Below are positions 1-10,354 of a stretch of DNA of 58,306 bases, piece after piece. Within the stretch, counting starts at the first letter, position 1; every line of letters begins with the position of its first letter. The notes under the pieces were generated by a model. That model had not been told where the DNA came from, made no database searches, and saw nothing but the letters and a program-made list of their open reading frames with translations. The DNA lies in assembly GCA_903854205.1 (NCBI GenBank), contig CAINVS010000290.1, positions 1-58,306 on the forward strand. The letters run 5' to 3'. Origin of the DNA: an uncultured Bacteroidota bacterium (GTDB taxonomy: Bacteria; Bacteroidota; Bacteroidia; Chitinophagales; Saprospiraceae). The position numbers and the translations under genes were made by a program.

Positions 1-3
1 GCT

Positions 4-37
4 TTCATCACGAACTCTAATGACGGATCTGGGTTTA
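4..37 (+). repeat. Dispersed intergenic repeat family A, copy 1 (TTCATCACGAACTCTAATGACGGATCTGGGTTTA)
   Basis: Matches the reverse complement of 49400-49433 (30/34), the reverse complement of 32204-32231 (25/28) and 58279-58301 (22/23). Confidence 0.85.
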
Positions 38-174
38 ATTCTAAAGGATGAAATGATAATAACCGATAAATAACCAAGTTGAACAAAACCTCGGATTGAT
101 TTTCCTACAACATATAAACAAAATAAATTTATTAATGGAATATCATATTGCATATTTCAAGTACTCTAACAAAG

Positions 175-206
175 AAAAGGCCTGAAGAGTAGACTTCAGG
201 CCTTTT
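175..206 (-). terminator. Intrinsic terminator downstream of gldJ
   Basis: AAAAGGCCTGAAG-agtaga-CTTCAGGCCTTTT perfect 13-bp stem, ~20 nt past the gldJ stop. Confidence 0.85.
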
Positions 207-228
207 ATATTATCAACAGTTCCAATGA

Positions 229-1767
229 TTACTGGTATCTACGCTTTGTATTGGGTTTACCGGTTTTAATTTGATTTCCACCAGGGAAACGATTTCCTTT
301 TGGAGAACCTACGCGTGTCATAGCACAACGGAAACCAACAGTTGAGCTTGATTTATCTTCATCCATGAAACGACGTGCGCCGGGAGAAAGCCAATAAGCG
401 CGGTCTGGCCATCCGCCTCCTTTGTAAACACGTGCCTTGTCTGAAATAAGCGAATGTTTACTGTACTCGTACATGTGTTTAGTTTGATCATCAAGCTCTG
501 AATAGTTCAGTCGTGATTGCTGATCACCATCAAGGTAGTTAATGACATTTGATTTTTGGAAGTTTTGACGACCGGATATGTCCTCATCTGCCAGTGGTTT
601 GTATTTCAAACGGCCGAGACTGTCAACACCAACGGGGTTACCATCTGCATCACGCTCAACTTGTGTGAATATGTTACCACGCATTGGATTAAGATCCTGA
701 GTTTCAACATCACGAAGTGTTGTACTGGTCATAGGACGATAAACATCATATACCCACTCATTCACATTACCTGCCATATTGAATAGACCGTAGTCATTTG
801 GTATATAAGAACGTACTGGAGCAGTGATGTGTGCATTATCATTCAGTGCACCTGCCATACCCATGTAGTCACCGCGGCCACGTTTAAAGTTGGCTACTAT
901 CGCACCCTGGGAGCGGCCATGCATTGGATAACGCACAGTGGTACCATTCCAAGGATAGATACGACGGTCAGTGATACGCTCATCTTTAGAATAACTCTGG
1001 TTACCGATAAGTGCAAGTGCTGCAAATTCCCACTCAGCCTCTGTTGGGAGTCGGTAAGAAGGAAGCATGATACCATCTTCGAAACGAACACGGCGTTCCT
1101 GTCCATCTGCAGGATTCACCATTGGCTTTGGCCCCGGCTGCGCTTCGTAAAGACCAGCGAGGTATGAACCTGTACTAAAGGTATTTTCACCCTGTTGTCC
1201 TTCAATAGAAGTTGGGTCTATCATACCCTGTTCTATAAGTATCATTTCATTTACACGGTCACCGCGCCATTTGCAGAATTCTGCAGCCTGAAGCCATGAA
1301 ACTCCCACAACAGGGTAATCACTGTAGGCCGGGTGGCGAAAATATGTTTCAACGAACGGTTCGTTATAGGAAAGCTCCTCTAACCAACATAAAGTATCAG
1401 GAAGTGCCTGATTGTGAATCTGCGGCATTTCAGGATATACACGCTGAAGGTAGAACAGATATTCCAACCATTCGATATTTGCAATTTCTGTTTCATCCAT
1501 GTAAAATGAAGAAACTGTTACACGACGGGCTATATTTCTATAATCAGACATTACGTCTTCTTCAGTCATACCCTGATTGAAAGTACCACCTTCAATAAAA
1601 ACTAGATTGGGGCCGGTCATCTGACCTTTGTATTCGAGAGGTTTCTCAAAGCCTCCCCATTGTTGGGAATTGAAACCCCATCCGGTTGTCGCAGAGCGCT
1701 CTTCACGCTTACAAGATGTTGTGGCAATCAACATCCCTGCTAAACCAAGCAAAATTATTTTTTTCAT
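229..1767 (-). CDS. gldJ: Gliding motility lipoprotein GldJ (FGE-sulfatase/SUMF1 fold)
   Basis: Lipoprotein signal ending TTSC; N-terminal TTGW..GGF motif; FYMDETE, YPVVGVSW, YRLPTEAEWEFAA, GLFNMAGNVNEW and GFRC motifs; divergent from porU-porV. ATG at 1767 preferred over TTG at 1773. Confidence 0.88.
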   Translation of the reverse strand: MKKIILLGLAGMLIATTSCKREERSATTGWGFNSQQWGGFEKPLEYKGQMTGPNLVFIEGGTFNQGMTEEDVMSDYRNIARRVTVSSFYMDETEIANIEWLEYLFYLQRVYPEMPQIHNQALPDTLCWLEELSYNEPFVETYFRHPAYSDYPVVGVSWLQAAEFCKWRGDRVNEMILIEQGMIDPTSIEGQQGENTFSTGSYLAGLYEAQPGPKPMVNPADGQERRVRFEDGIMLPSYRLPTEAEWEFAALALIGNQSYSKDERITDRRIYPWNGTTVRYPMHGRSQGAIVANFKRGRGDYMGMAGALNDNAHITAPVRSYIPNDYGLFNMAGNVNEWVYDVYRPMTSTTLRDVETQDLNPMRGNIFTQVERDADGNPVGVDSLGRLKYKPLADEDISGRQNFQKSNVINYLDGDQQSRLNYSELDDQTKHMYEYSKHSLISDKARVYKGGGWPDRAYWLSPGARRFMDEDKSSSTVGFRCAMTRVGSPKGNRFPGGNQIKTGKPNTKRRYQ

Positions 1768-1829
1768 CTGCAAGCAAGTTTTTTTTATTTAAAATAAAAG
1801 GCAATGACAAAAATAGAAAAAAAATGCGA

Positions 1830-2837
1830 TTACCTAAACAAATTTAAACAATCGTTATAATTCGTTCCTTTGTTTTTTCTTTCAAAGTTCAGAATAAGAG
1901 AAATTTCATGTGCTCCGCCGGAATTAACCCCAAGTCCTGAAACGGTGAGGTCATAACTGTAAGCAATTTTCAGATACGTCATCTCATAGCCGGCCATCAA
2001 AATAACGGCATCAGCATTCGAAAAAGTATGTCTGAACCAAATTCCTCCAAAAAAAGATTCGTGTTGTGCATATGCACCCAAATTTAGCTGTTGAAACTGT
2101 CTTTGTTTAGTAAACAGTATATTTGGTGATAAAAACGTCTTCTTCTTTATTTTATTGTATTCCCCTAACGGAATTTGACCTCCGGCATGAAAAGTAATTC
2201 TCAGTGGCAGTTCCCCATCCAAATTATTAAATCTGAAGAACCCTTCTTTGGGAGCATTCAGGTGTTTTATTGCTACGCCGCCGTAAATGTAACGAGTGTG
2301 AAGCAAACCACCAAAACCAAAGTCAAAATAATTGATATTTTCAACAGGTCTTGCTTCTCCGGTTTGGTTAAGATTACCGTTTGCATCAAATGCACCTGTC
2401 TCTACATTCAGCTGATCCAGAAAAATTAATTTATCCCAGGCCAATCTTTTGTTTACAAAATTAGCTTCGAGCCCTGTTCTGAAATACATATTTTCGTTAA
2501 ACTGAAGATTGTATGCATAACTCAAACCAATCTGAGTGGCATTATAAATGCCGTTACCAGCTACATCAGCCAAAACCGAAACACCGAAACCGCTGTTCAA
2601 CTGCTTGGACAACTGACTGAAAGAAGCTGCATAGGTAGCATAAGCCTGATTGAGGTTGGGCCACTGATTGCGATAGTTAAGATGGAATACCGGCGCTTCT
2701 GCCGTACCTGTCAATGCCGGGTTAAGCTGAAGGGGCGAAGCGTAAAACTGACTAAAAACAGGATCCTGCGCTGAAACAGGAGTAGCTGTAGCCAATAAAA
2801 TGGCGTAAAAAAGAATAATTTTTTTATATTTTCGCAT
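1830..2837 (-). CDS. PorP/SprF family T9SS outer-membrane beta-barrel
   Basis: AQDPVFSQFYASPLQLNPALTG, YRNQW, YSYDLTVSGL..GAHEISL family motifs. The ORF-track extension to 2924 is created by the 72-bp duplication. Confidence 0.9.
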   Translation of the reverse strand: MRKYKKIILFYAILLATATPVSAQDPVFSQFYASPLQLNPALTGTAEAPVFHLNYRNQWPNLNQAYATYAASFSQLSKQLNSGFGVSVLADVAGNGIYNATQIGLSYAYNLQFNENMYFRTGLEANFVNKRLAWDKLIFLDQLNVETGAFDANGNLNQTGEARPVENINYFDFGFGGLLHTRYIYGGVAIKHLNAPKEGFFRFNNLDGELPLRITFHAGGQIPLGEYNKIKKKTFLSPNILFTKQRQFQQLNLGAYAQHESFFGGIWFRHTFSNADAVILMAGYEMTYLKIAYSYDLTVSGLGVNSGGAHEISLILNFERKNKGTNYNDCLNLFR

Positions 2838-2976
2838 GGAATTGCATTTCATACCAACACTTTTATGATTAGCTTCGTTTTCTATAACGGACAGAAGTTG
2901 ACTACGCATGGAATTGCATTTCATACCAACACTTTTATGATTAGCTTCGTTTTCTATAACGGACAGAAGTTGACTA
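2833..2976. repeat. Perfect 72-bp tandem duplication (2833-2904, 2905-2976)
   Basis: Two identical adjacent copies of CGCATGGAATTGC...CAGAAGTTGACTA. Confidence 0.95.
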
Positions 2977-2985
2977 ATTGTGTAC

Positions 2986-2993
2986 CAAAATTA
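2986..2993 (-). promoter_or_regulatory. Putative Bacteroidota sigma-A -7 element for the porP-like/gldJ unit
   Basis: TAATTTTG on the minus strand fits TAnnTTTG. Confidence 0.45.
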
Positions 2994-3241
2994 GATTAAT
3001 TATCAGGCATTAGTAATTTTATTCGTAAAAATATCTGAGCAATACTATTTTGTTGTAAGTATTCTCAATTTTATCGCTATAATTGTATTCCCATCCATTA
3101 AGCAGAAATAATTCAAAAAATCTGTTATTTATTTTTTCTTTTTTTAGCAAGGAAAATATTCCCGTTTACTTTAAACGTAAAACTCAGTTTTTGGTTATTA
3201 TTATCAAAGCAATTTTTACCGCACTTTTCAAAGACAGACTT

Positions 3242-6200
3242 ATGTCATCCAATTTCAATATATATTTTCTAAGTACACTTTTTACAGCACTTTTTTTGGA
3301 TGTTGCTGCACAGGGTACCTATATTAACACCATACCGGTTAAAATACAGTGGGATGCTGCACCAAAAGCTTTTAGCAATGATGCGGAAAAATATTTTTTA
3401 ACTTTCCGTGGCGCTGCTTTTGACGAGTCTGAAATGTTGCCGATAAAAACTGAGCGAGTTAACCTCAATGGTCCGGGAACGGTACGTTTGGAGCTGCAAC
3501 GGGCAGTTTATGAGCCAATTGGAAATAGTGTTGAGTGGGGACAGGCGGCCATCAATAATGAAATCCTTTTTAAATCGGAAGTCTCTGCACAACGTGGAAG
3601 TTATGCTGCTGTTATACAGTTTGTACCTATCAGAAAAAATCCACTGACCGGACAATATGAAAAACTGATGAGCGGGGATCTTAAAATCTATGCAGAAACT
3701 TCTCGAAACCCGGCCCCTGCAAAAACAAAAAACTTACAGGTTTCTAAGTTAAATGATGGTCAAATCTACAAATTTACTGTTAGCGGCAGCGGTATTTATA
3801 AACTGGATTACAACTTTTTGCAAAGCTTGGGTGTAGATGTTCAAAATATCGATCCCAGAAATATTCAAATTTTAGGCAACGGCGGCAAATCACTTTCCGA
3901 AACCGTAGGCAGTGCATTGCGAATTGATGACCTGATGGAAAATGCCGTTTATGTTCAGGGTGAATCAGACGGCAGTTTCGATAATTCTGACTACCTTATA
4001 TTTTATGCTCAGGGAAATGATTATTGGACTTACAATTCTGCCGATTCAATTTTCAACCGGTTTCAAAATATCTACACCGATAATATAAGTTATTTTGTAA
4101 AAATTTCAGGGAATCAGGGCAAACGGATCGGAAGCAGAGCCTCTATTGCAAGTACTGCCTACAATACAAGTACCTATGATGCCTTGCAGCATTATGAATC
4201 CAACGAATTGAATCTGATGGAAAAAGAGTTTGCGCTTCCGCCAAGCGGCAGACTATGGGTAGGCGATCCTTTTCAGATTTCACGCAGCCAGATTTTCAAT
4301 TTCAGTTTTCCCAACCGCATCGCCTCAGATACTGTTAAAATACAGTCAATATTCTACTCAAGAGCATTCAATCAGGGCAGTTATGAAGTAAAAGCGAATA
4401 ATTCAAGCATTTTCAGTTCAAATATCAGTTCTGTCAATAATTATATCTATTCAATTTATGCCAGAACGCTCAAAAGCAGAGTCAACTTTTTTACTGCCAC
4501 TAACAATATAGACATTAATATACTGTATAATAACAGCAGCTCCACTTCAGAAGCCTGGTTGGATTATATAACATTGAATGCTCGTTGTTTACTTTCATTC
4601 AGCGGCGGACAAATGTCATTCAGAGATATCAGAACCTTGGGGAAAGGCACTGCATCTTATCAGCTGAGCAATGCAGCGACTGCAACTGTTTGGGATGTGA
4701 CCGATCCATACAATGTTGAACAACAGCAGCACAATGGCAGCAGCTTTGGCGCTCCTGCTGATATCTTGCGCAGTTTTGTCATATTTGACGGTTCTAATTT
4801 CATGACGCCTACGGCAGTGGGTTCAGTTGCCAATCAGAATCTGCACGGAATCAATACATCACCGCAACTGCTCATTGTTTATCACCAAAACTTTCAGGCA
4901 GCAGCATTGCGTCTTGCCGCACATAGGGCTGCACACAGCAATATGACTGTTCTCGCTGTAGATGTTGCTCAGATTTACAATGAATTTTCTTCAGGACATC
5001 CTGATATCACTTCAATCAGAGATTTTGCCAAAATGCTTTATGACCGTTCTTCGGGGAACGATTCTCTTCGTTATTTGCTGCTTTTCGGAGCCGGTTCATT
5101 CGACTATAAAGGTTTGAATCCTGCCCGCAGCAGAGACAATAATTATATCCTGGCATACGAAACAGATACTTCTGACGACCCGCTTAAAACCTATACTTCT
5201 GATGATTATTTTGCATTATTGGATGACGGTGAAGGGAATATGGGCGCCAACAGTCTGCTTGACATTGCTATAGGCCGTCTACCGGTAACTTCTGCAAGTG
5301 ATGCAGAGGCAGTTGTTGATAAAATCATCCGTTATGATACCGATCCCGAATTACTTGGCGATTGGAAAAACAGACTTACCTTCTTTGCTGATGATCAGGA
5401 CGGAAATCTGCATATGAATGACACTGAGGGCATTGCTGCTAACGTTGCCGCACGTGATTCAGTTTACAATGTTGATAAAATCTATTGCGATGCCTACCCG
5501 CAGGTGAGTACCTCGGGCGGTAGCCGCTACCCGGATGTTAATGCTGCAATTTTGAGAAATATTTTCAAAGGCTCTTTGGCTATGACCTATTTGGGTCATG
5601 GCGGCGCCGACGGATTAGCACAGGAGCGCATTTTTACAACCTCTGAAATTAATTCATTGGATAATCAGTACAAGTTACCGCTTTTTGTAACGGCGACATG
5701 TTCGTTCGCGCCTGTTGATGACCCGGAATATACAAGTGCCGGTCAGTTATTGATTCTGAATCCCAGTGGCGGAGCTATTGCGCTGCTCACAACAGTACGT
5801 GTAGTATTGGCCGATGCCAATGAGTACCTTGTACGCAAGACTTTTGAAAGTTTTTTTGTCAGAGTGAACGGCAGAATGCCAACAGTGGGCGAGGTTTTAC
5901 AAAATGCCAAAAACAACAGTGGGGTTCTGAGTGCGTCAAATACAAGAAAATATCTTCTTTTAGGAGATCCGTCAATGACCCTGGCATACCCAGAACAAAG
6001 AGTAGTAACTACAACTATCAATGGTAATCCTGTGAGCGGCAACGACACTATCAGAGCACTTCAGCGAGTGACTATCAGCGGAGAAATTCAGGATAACAGC
6101 GGCTATCTGCTCAGCAATTTTAACGGTACTGTCTATCCTACTGTTTTCGACAAGCCTGATACAATCTGGACCCGCGGCAATGATGCAGACAGTTATATCA

Positions 6201-7123
6201 GCAGTTTTCCGCTTCAGAAAAAAGTAATTTTCAAAGGTCGTGCAACTGTAGCAAATGGTCGTTTTACTTTCTCGTTCATTGTTCCGGTTGATATAAATTA
6301 TACGCTGGGATACGGGAAACTTTCCTACTATGCTGACAATGGTACAGAAATGGACGCCAATGGTGCTTACCTCGATATTCTCATTGGCGGTACCGATCCG
6401 AATGCAGCCAGTGATGACCGTGGTCCGGAAGTGAGTGTTTTTATGAATAACGAAAATTTTGCTTCGGGTGGAATTACAGATGAAAACCCTCTCCTTTTTG
6501 TAAAACTGAAGGATGACAGCGGTATTAACACTGTCGGCAATGGCATTGGACACGATCTTACCGGTTTGCTTACCTATATTCAGGATGAGCATGAAAACAT
6601 TTACAGCCTAAATGATTTTTACGAGGCCAATATGGATGATTTTACTTCAGGTACTATCAACTATCCTTTGCAAAGTCTTCCTGTAGGCAAACATACCATG
6701 AAAGTAAAAGCATGGGATGTTTATAACAATATGGGCGAAGGTTCTACGGAATTTATCGTAGCTGCCGATGCAAAAATGGCGCTGGCACAGGTACTCAATT
6801 ATCCAAATCCCTTTACAACACATACAGAATTCATGTTCGAGCACAATCTGCCCGGTCAGGAATTGGAAGTACTCATACAGATTTTTACCGTTTCAGGTAA
6901 AATTGTAAAAACCATCAGTCAGGACCTCAGTACTGCAGAAAACGACGGGTACAGAGCTAGGGGTATTGAATGGGATGGCCTGGATGATTTTGGCGACCGT
7001 CTCGGCCGTGGGGTTTATGTATATAAAGTTACCGTTCGTGCAACCGGTCCTGCTCCAAGCGGCAGCGAAGAACCGACGATTCAGAAAAACAGCGAATACC
7101 AAAAACTGGTTATATTGAAATAA
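3242..7123 (+). CDS. porU: T9SS sortase PorU (peptidase C25)
   Basis: IYNEFSSG, SDDYF, IGRLP, catalytic GHG and ATC motifs, LLGDP, C-terminal NYPNPF..GVYVYK..KLVILK CTD; immediately upstream of porV. Start moved from 3083 to ATG 3242. Confidence 0.95.
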   Translation: MSSNFNIYFLSTLFTALFLDVAAQGTYINTIPVKIQWDAAPKAFSNDAEKYFLTFRGAAFDESEMLPIKTERVNLNGPGTVRLELQRAVYEPIGNSVEWGQAAINNEILFKSEVSAQRGSYAAVIQFVPIRKNPLTGQYEKLMSGDLKIYAETSRNPAPAKTKNLQVSKLNDGQIYKFTVSGSGIYKLDYNFLQSLGVDVQNIDPRNIQILGNGGKSLSETVGSALRIDDLMENAVYVQGESDGSFDNSDYLIFYAQGNDYWTYNSADSIFNRFQNIYTDNISYFVKISGNQGKRIGSRASIASTAYNTSTYDALQHYESNELNLMEKEFALPPSGRLWVGDPFQISRSQIFNFSFPNRIASDTVKIQSIFYSRAFNQGSYEVKANNSSIFSSNISSVNNYIYSIYARTLKSRVNFFTATNNIDINILYNNSSSTSEAWLDYITLNARCLLSFSGGQMSFRDIRTLGKGTASYQLSNAATATVWDVTDPYNVEQQQHNGSSFGAPADILRSFVIFDGSNFMTPTAVGSVANQNLHGINTSPQLLIVYHQNFQAAALRLAAHRAAHSNMTVLAVDVAQIYNEFSSGHPDITSIRDFAKMLYDRSSGNDSLRYLLLFGAGSFDYKGLNPARSRDNNYILAYETDTSDDPLKTYTSDDYFALLDDGEGNMGANSLLDIAIGRLPVTSASDAEAVVDKIIRYDTDPELLGDWKNRLTFFADDQDGNLHMNDTEGIAANVAARDSVYNVDKIYCDAYPQVSTSGGSRYPDVNAAILRNIFKGSLAMTYLGHGGADGLAQERIFTTSEINSLDNQYKLPLFVTATCSFAPVDDPEYTSAGQLLILNPSGGAIALLTTVRVVLADANEYLVRKTFESFFVRVNGRMPTVGEVLQNAKNNSGVLSASNTRKYLLLGDPSMTLAYPEQRVVTTTINGNPVSGNDTIRALQRVTISGEIQDNSGYLLSNFNGTVYPTVFDKPDTIWTRGNDADSYISSFPLQKKVIFKGRATVANGRFTFSFIVPVDINYTLGYGKLSYYADNGTEMDANGAYLDILIGGTDPNAASDDRGPEVSVFMNNENFASGGITDENPLLFVKLKDDSGINTVGNGIGHDLTGLLTYIQDEHENIYSLNDFYEANMDDFTSGTINYPLQSLPVGKHTMKVKAWDVYNNMGEGSTEFIVAADAKMALAQVLNYPNPFTTHTEFMFEHNLPGQELEVLIQIFTVSGKIVKTISQDLSTAENDGYRARGIEWDGLDDFGDRLGRGVYVYKVTVRATGPAPSGSEEPTIQKNSEYQKLVILK

Positions 7124-7153
7124 TCGCGCGTATACGCCTACGCCTGCATGCAT

Positions 7154-7186
7154 AGATTTGACAACTTTTTAAAAGTTGTCAAATCT
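7154..7186. repeat. Perfect 16-bp inverted repeat (REP-like palindrome) between porU and porV
   Basis: AGATTTGACAACTTTT-t-AAAAGTTGTCAAATCT. Confidence 0.85.
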
Positions 7187-7361
7187 TGTAGGCAGGAGCG
7201 CGCGGACGAATAAAATTTTTTGTTATTTTTTTTATAGGTTATCTGTTATCATTAACAAGTATTGACAATATTATGTATTTTTGCTTTTTAAACCAAACTG
7301 ACAGACTATGACAGAAAATATACACAAGTAATTATTTTATTGAATCTGACTTAATTTATTT

Positions 7362-8636
7362 ATGAGCTTACGATTTTTAAAAGCTTGTGGTGTATTGACT
7401 GCGCTGCTGTCTATATGTGCCGATCAGGTATCTGCACAATGTGTTCTGAAATTCATTAACGGTTCGCAGCAATTGGTTCAGCCCGATGGAAGCCCCTGTT
7501 CAAATACCATTATTACCGCTGTACCATTTCTAAGAATAATTCCTGATGCCCGTTTTGGTGCAATGGGTGATGTTGGCATTGCTGTCGATCCGGATCCAAA
7601 TTCTATGCACTTCAATTCTTCCAATCTGTCATTCGGCGCCAAAGACTTCAGCTTCTCTGCTACCTACACACCGTGGCTGCGTGCTCTTGGATTGAATGAT
7701 GTATTTTTAGCCTATCTTTCTACATACAAACATATTGACGACCGACAAACTATTGGCGGATCACTCCGTTATTTTTCATTAGGTCAGATTCAGTACACCG
7801 ACGACCAGGGCAATCCGCTGCAGATGGTTCGTCCCCGTGAAATGGAATTGGCCTTTGCTTACTCACGTAAGATGAGTGAAAATTTTTCTACCTCACTTGC
7901 CTTGAAATATATTTTCTCTTCATTGGGAACAGGTGCCGTGAATGGTGACATTCTTACACCTGCTCACGCTTTTGGTGCCGACATTTCATTCACCTACAGA
8001 CAGCCGTTGAAAATAGCCGATAAAAAGGCAAATCTGAATTTTGGTTTGGTCTTTTCCAATCTGGGTTCAAAAATTTCTTATATAAAATCAGCAAATCGCG
8101 ACTATATCCCTGCCAACTTTGGCTTCGGTACTGCATTTGACTATAATTTTGATGACCATAACTCGCTGACAATAGCAGTTGATATAAATAAACTAATGGT
8201 GCCTACTCCAATTCCACGTACTATGGAAGACGATCAGGGCAATTTTGTAGCAAATCCTGAATACGATACCGACGGAAACGGTATACCCGACTACAAAGAA
8301 AAATCGGTTCCTGTTTCCATTTTCTCTTCTTTTGGCGATGCAGCAGGCGGTGCCGGTGAAGAGTTCCGTGAGCTGATGTATTCTATAGGAATGGAATATT
8401 GGTACAACAAACAATTTGCTGTCCGTTTTGGCCATTACAATGAGCACAAAACCAAAGGTAACCGCAAGTTCTTTACCGTTGGATTAGGTATTCGCTATAA
8501 CATATTTAATATCAATTTCTCTTATTTGATTCCTGCTGTTGCTGCCCAAAGAAATCCTTTGGACAACACGCTGCGCTTTTCTCTGATTTTCGATTTCGGT
8601 CAGGCGCCAATGTTCAATAAAAAGAAGAAAGGATAA
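7362..8636 (+). CDS. porV: T9SS outer-membrane shuttle PorV
   Basis: TAVPFLRIIPDARFGAMGD, YTPWLR, LRYFSLG, KGNRKFFTVG, NPLDNTLRFSL motifs; follows porU. Confidence 0.95.
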   Translation: MSLRFLKACGVLTALLSICADQVSAQCVLKFINGSQQLVQPDGSPCSNTIITAVPFLRIIPDARFGAMGDVGIAVDPDPNSMHFNSSNLSFGAKDFSFSATYTPWLRALGLNDVFLAYLSTYKHIDDRQTIGGSLRYFSLGQIQYTDDQGNPLQMVRPREMELAFAYSRKMSENFSTSLALKYIFSSLGTGAVNGDILTPAHAFGADISFTYRQPLKIADKKANLNFGLVFSNLGSKISYIKSANRDYIPANFGFGTAFDYNFDDHNSLTIAVDINKLMVPTPIPRTMEDDQGNFVANPEYDTDGNGIPDYKEKSVPVSIFSSFGDAAGGAGEEFRELMYSIGMEYWYNKQFAVRFGHYNEHKTKGNRKFFTVGLGIRYNIFNINFSYLIPAVAAQRNPLDNTLRFSLIFDFGQAPMFNKKKKG

Positions 8637-8683
8637 TCTCCATATTGATCTTTGATTTTTCCTCTGAAATTATAATATCTTTG

Positions 8684-8713
8684 CAGGGCTGTTTCCAAAA
8701 GGAAGCAGCCCTG
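8684..8713 (+). terminator. Stem-loop downstream of porV
   Basis: CAGGGCTG-tttccaaaaggaag-CAGCCCTG; directly preceded by TATCTTTG (8676-8683, TAnnTTTG), so it could instead be a leader hairpin of the next gene. Confidence 0.55.
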
Positions 8714-8739
8714 TCTTATTAATCAGACATTATATTAAT

Positions 8740-9234
8740 ATGAAAATTCAGACTGTATCGTCCCGTTGGACTTTTTTATTCAAAATGGCCTTACCCCTGC
8801 TTTGGCTCATTATCATGGGTGGATTGAGCATTCTCATTGCCTTTTCGCCACTCGACAGCCTGAAAGGGCCTGTCAGCCCTATGACTGCAAAATTACTGGT
8901 CATTTCCCTTTTCTTTTCCATTCTTGCCATGCTGTATATCTTTTACGGACGTGCCAAATGGGTGGGAATGACCGATTCCTATTTATATGTTTCCAATTTT
9001 TTCAAATCCTATAAATATACTTATGACAGTGTTGAAAGATTTGAAGAGGTATATATGGTATTCTTTACCAAAGTAGTTATTCATTTTCATCAGCCCACAA
9101 AATTTGGCAAAAGCATCTATTTTGTCAAAAGTCTTTATTGGAAATACTTTTTGGAAAAGCACCCGATGGTATTGGACGCTATGAGCGGAAAAAGAACAGG
9201 TGATGAGGTTATTACGGAGTCGGAGAATATGTAA
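8740..9234 (+). CDS. Hypothetical membrane protein (two TM helices plus soluble domain)
   Basis: 164-aa ORF with two hydrophobic segments; no recognised family. Confidence 0.7.
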   Translation: MKIQTVSSRWTFLFKMALPLLWLIIMGGLSILIAFSPLDSLKGPVSPMTAKLLVISLFFSILAMLYIFYGRAKWVGMTDSYLYVSNFFKSYKYTYDSVERFEEVYMVFFTKVVIHFHQPTKFGKSIYFVKSLYWKYFLEKHPMVLDAMSGKRTGDEVITESENM

Positions 9235-9313
9235 AACATGATTTTCATAATATAAAAAGGGCAGCCAATAGACGAGAGCACTGAAAAAGTCCTTTAATAT
9301 TTAATCAATTTCC

Positions 9314-9988
9314 TTATTTTAAGGCAGCTCTCAAAAAATCCTGCCAGTCCTTTGCGGCATGATAATGTTCCATGACAAATTCCAAAAAATCATCCTGAAG
9401 TACAAGCTGTTCTGCATCGTGGTACTCCGCCATATAATAAAACTGCTTATTTGCAATCAATGGCATTTTCTCTGTCCATTCGCTGAAAGGTTTGAGCAGT
9501 CTTTTATTTTTATCGCCTTTAATTTCGCCAAATAGGCGGATAAAATTTTTATCTCTTTGCAGCGATTCCACCACTTCAGGTGCCTGAATTAGTGCCGTTC
9601 TGATCTTTTCTATTTGTACTTTGTCAGGCATATAAGATCCGCCTCCGATCCAAATTTCTCCAACGCCCAACTGAATATAAGTACCGGGCATTTCCATGTC
9701 TTTGCGACCCAATGGTGAAAGCACCGCCGATGAATATAGTTTATAAGGCGTTTTGTCATTGGAAAAACGGGTATCTCTGAAAATCCGGAAAATAGCATCT
9801 TTTGACTGAAGATGGGCCATTGCCGGTTCTTCCTTTGCTATAGCAGCAATGAGGTCGTTGACAAAGACTTCAAATGGTTTTTTAACATCCTTTTCATAAC
9901 GGCTTTTGTTGGCATGATACCAGTCGCGGTTATTATTGGCAGCCAATTCCTTGAAAAATTGGTTATAGGCTTCATTGAAATATTTCAT
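9314..9988 (-). CDS. DUF2461 family protein
   Basis: FFKELAANNNRDWY..NKSRYE and IFRIFRDTRFSNDKTPYK motifs. Confidence 0.88.
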   Translation of the reverse strand: MKYFNEAYNQFFKELAANNNRDWYHANKSRYEKDVKKPFEVFVNDLIAAIAKEEPAMAHLQSKDAIFRIFRDTRFSNDKTPYKLYSSAVLSPLGRKDMEMPGTYIQLGVGEIWIGGGSYMPDKVQIEKIRTALIQAPEVVESLQRDKNFIRLFGEIKGDKNKRLLKPFSEWTEKMPLIANKQFYYMAEYHDAEQLVLQDDFLEFVMEHYHAAKDWQDFLRAALK

Positions 9989-10354
9989 AATAGTTTTCGG
10001 ATTTTTTTGCTAAATTTTATGCTCCAAGGGAGCGATAAGTCTGGTAAGGCTACCACGGGCATTTTAATTTTGCCTTAATACAAAATTACAACACAGGTCT
10101 TTTTGTTCAGTTTTATATTTCAATCTAAATATAAGACAAAGTTTATAAAAACATTTTTCCGGATTATTTTTTTTAAGGATAATCAATGTATTGAGAATTT
10201 ATGTATTAAAACAATACCGATAACTTAAGCGCTTCAGTTATTCAGATTATTATCCTTTCTAAGTTGCCATTCTCCATTTTTTTACCTAAACTTGAAGTTA
10301 ATTTATAAAAAGAGAAGACTTTCCTCTTTCTACATTAATCTTTCATCTGTTTTT

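Noticed and set aside
2838-2924. N-terminal extension of the PorP-like ORF
   Set aside because: Produced by the 72-bp duplication; the signal peptide begins at MRKYKK.
5972-6592. 206-aa antisense ORF inside porU, and similar antisense ORFs in polA, fahA, the permease and the triad genes
   Set aside because: Shadow ORFs opposite well-supported genes, with no recognisable motifs.
10021-10035. GCTCCAAGGGAGCGA mini-palindrome as a REP element
   Set aside because: Single short copy in the window; the resemblance to the 58239 motif is too weak to call.
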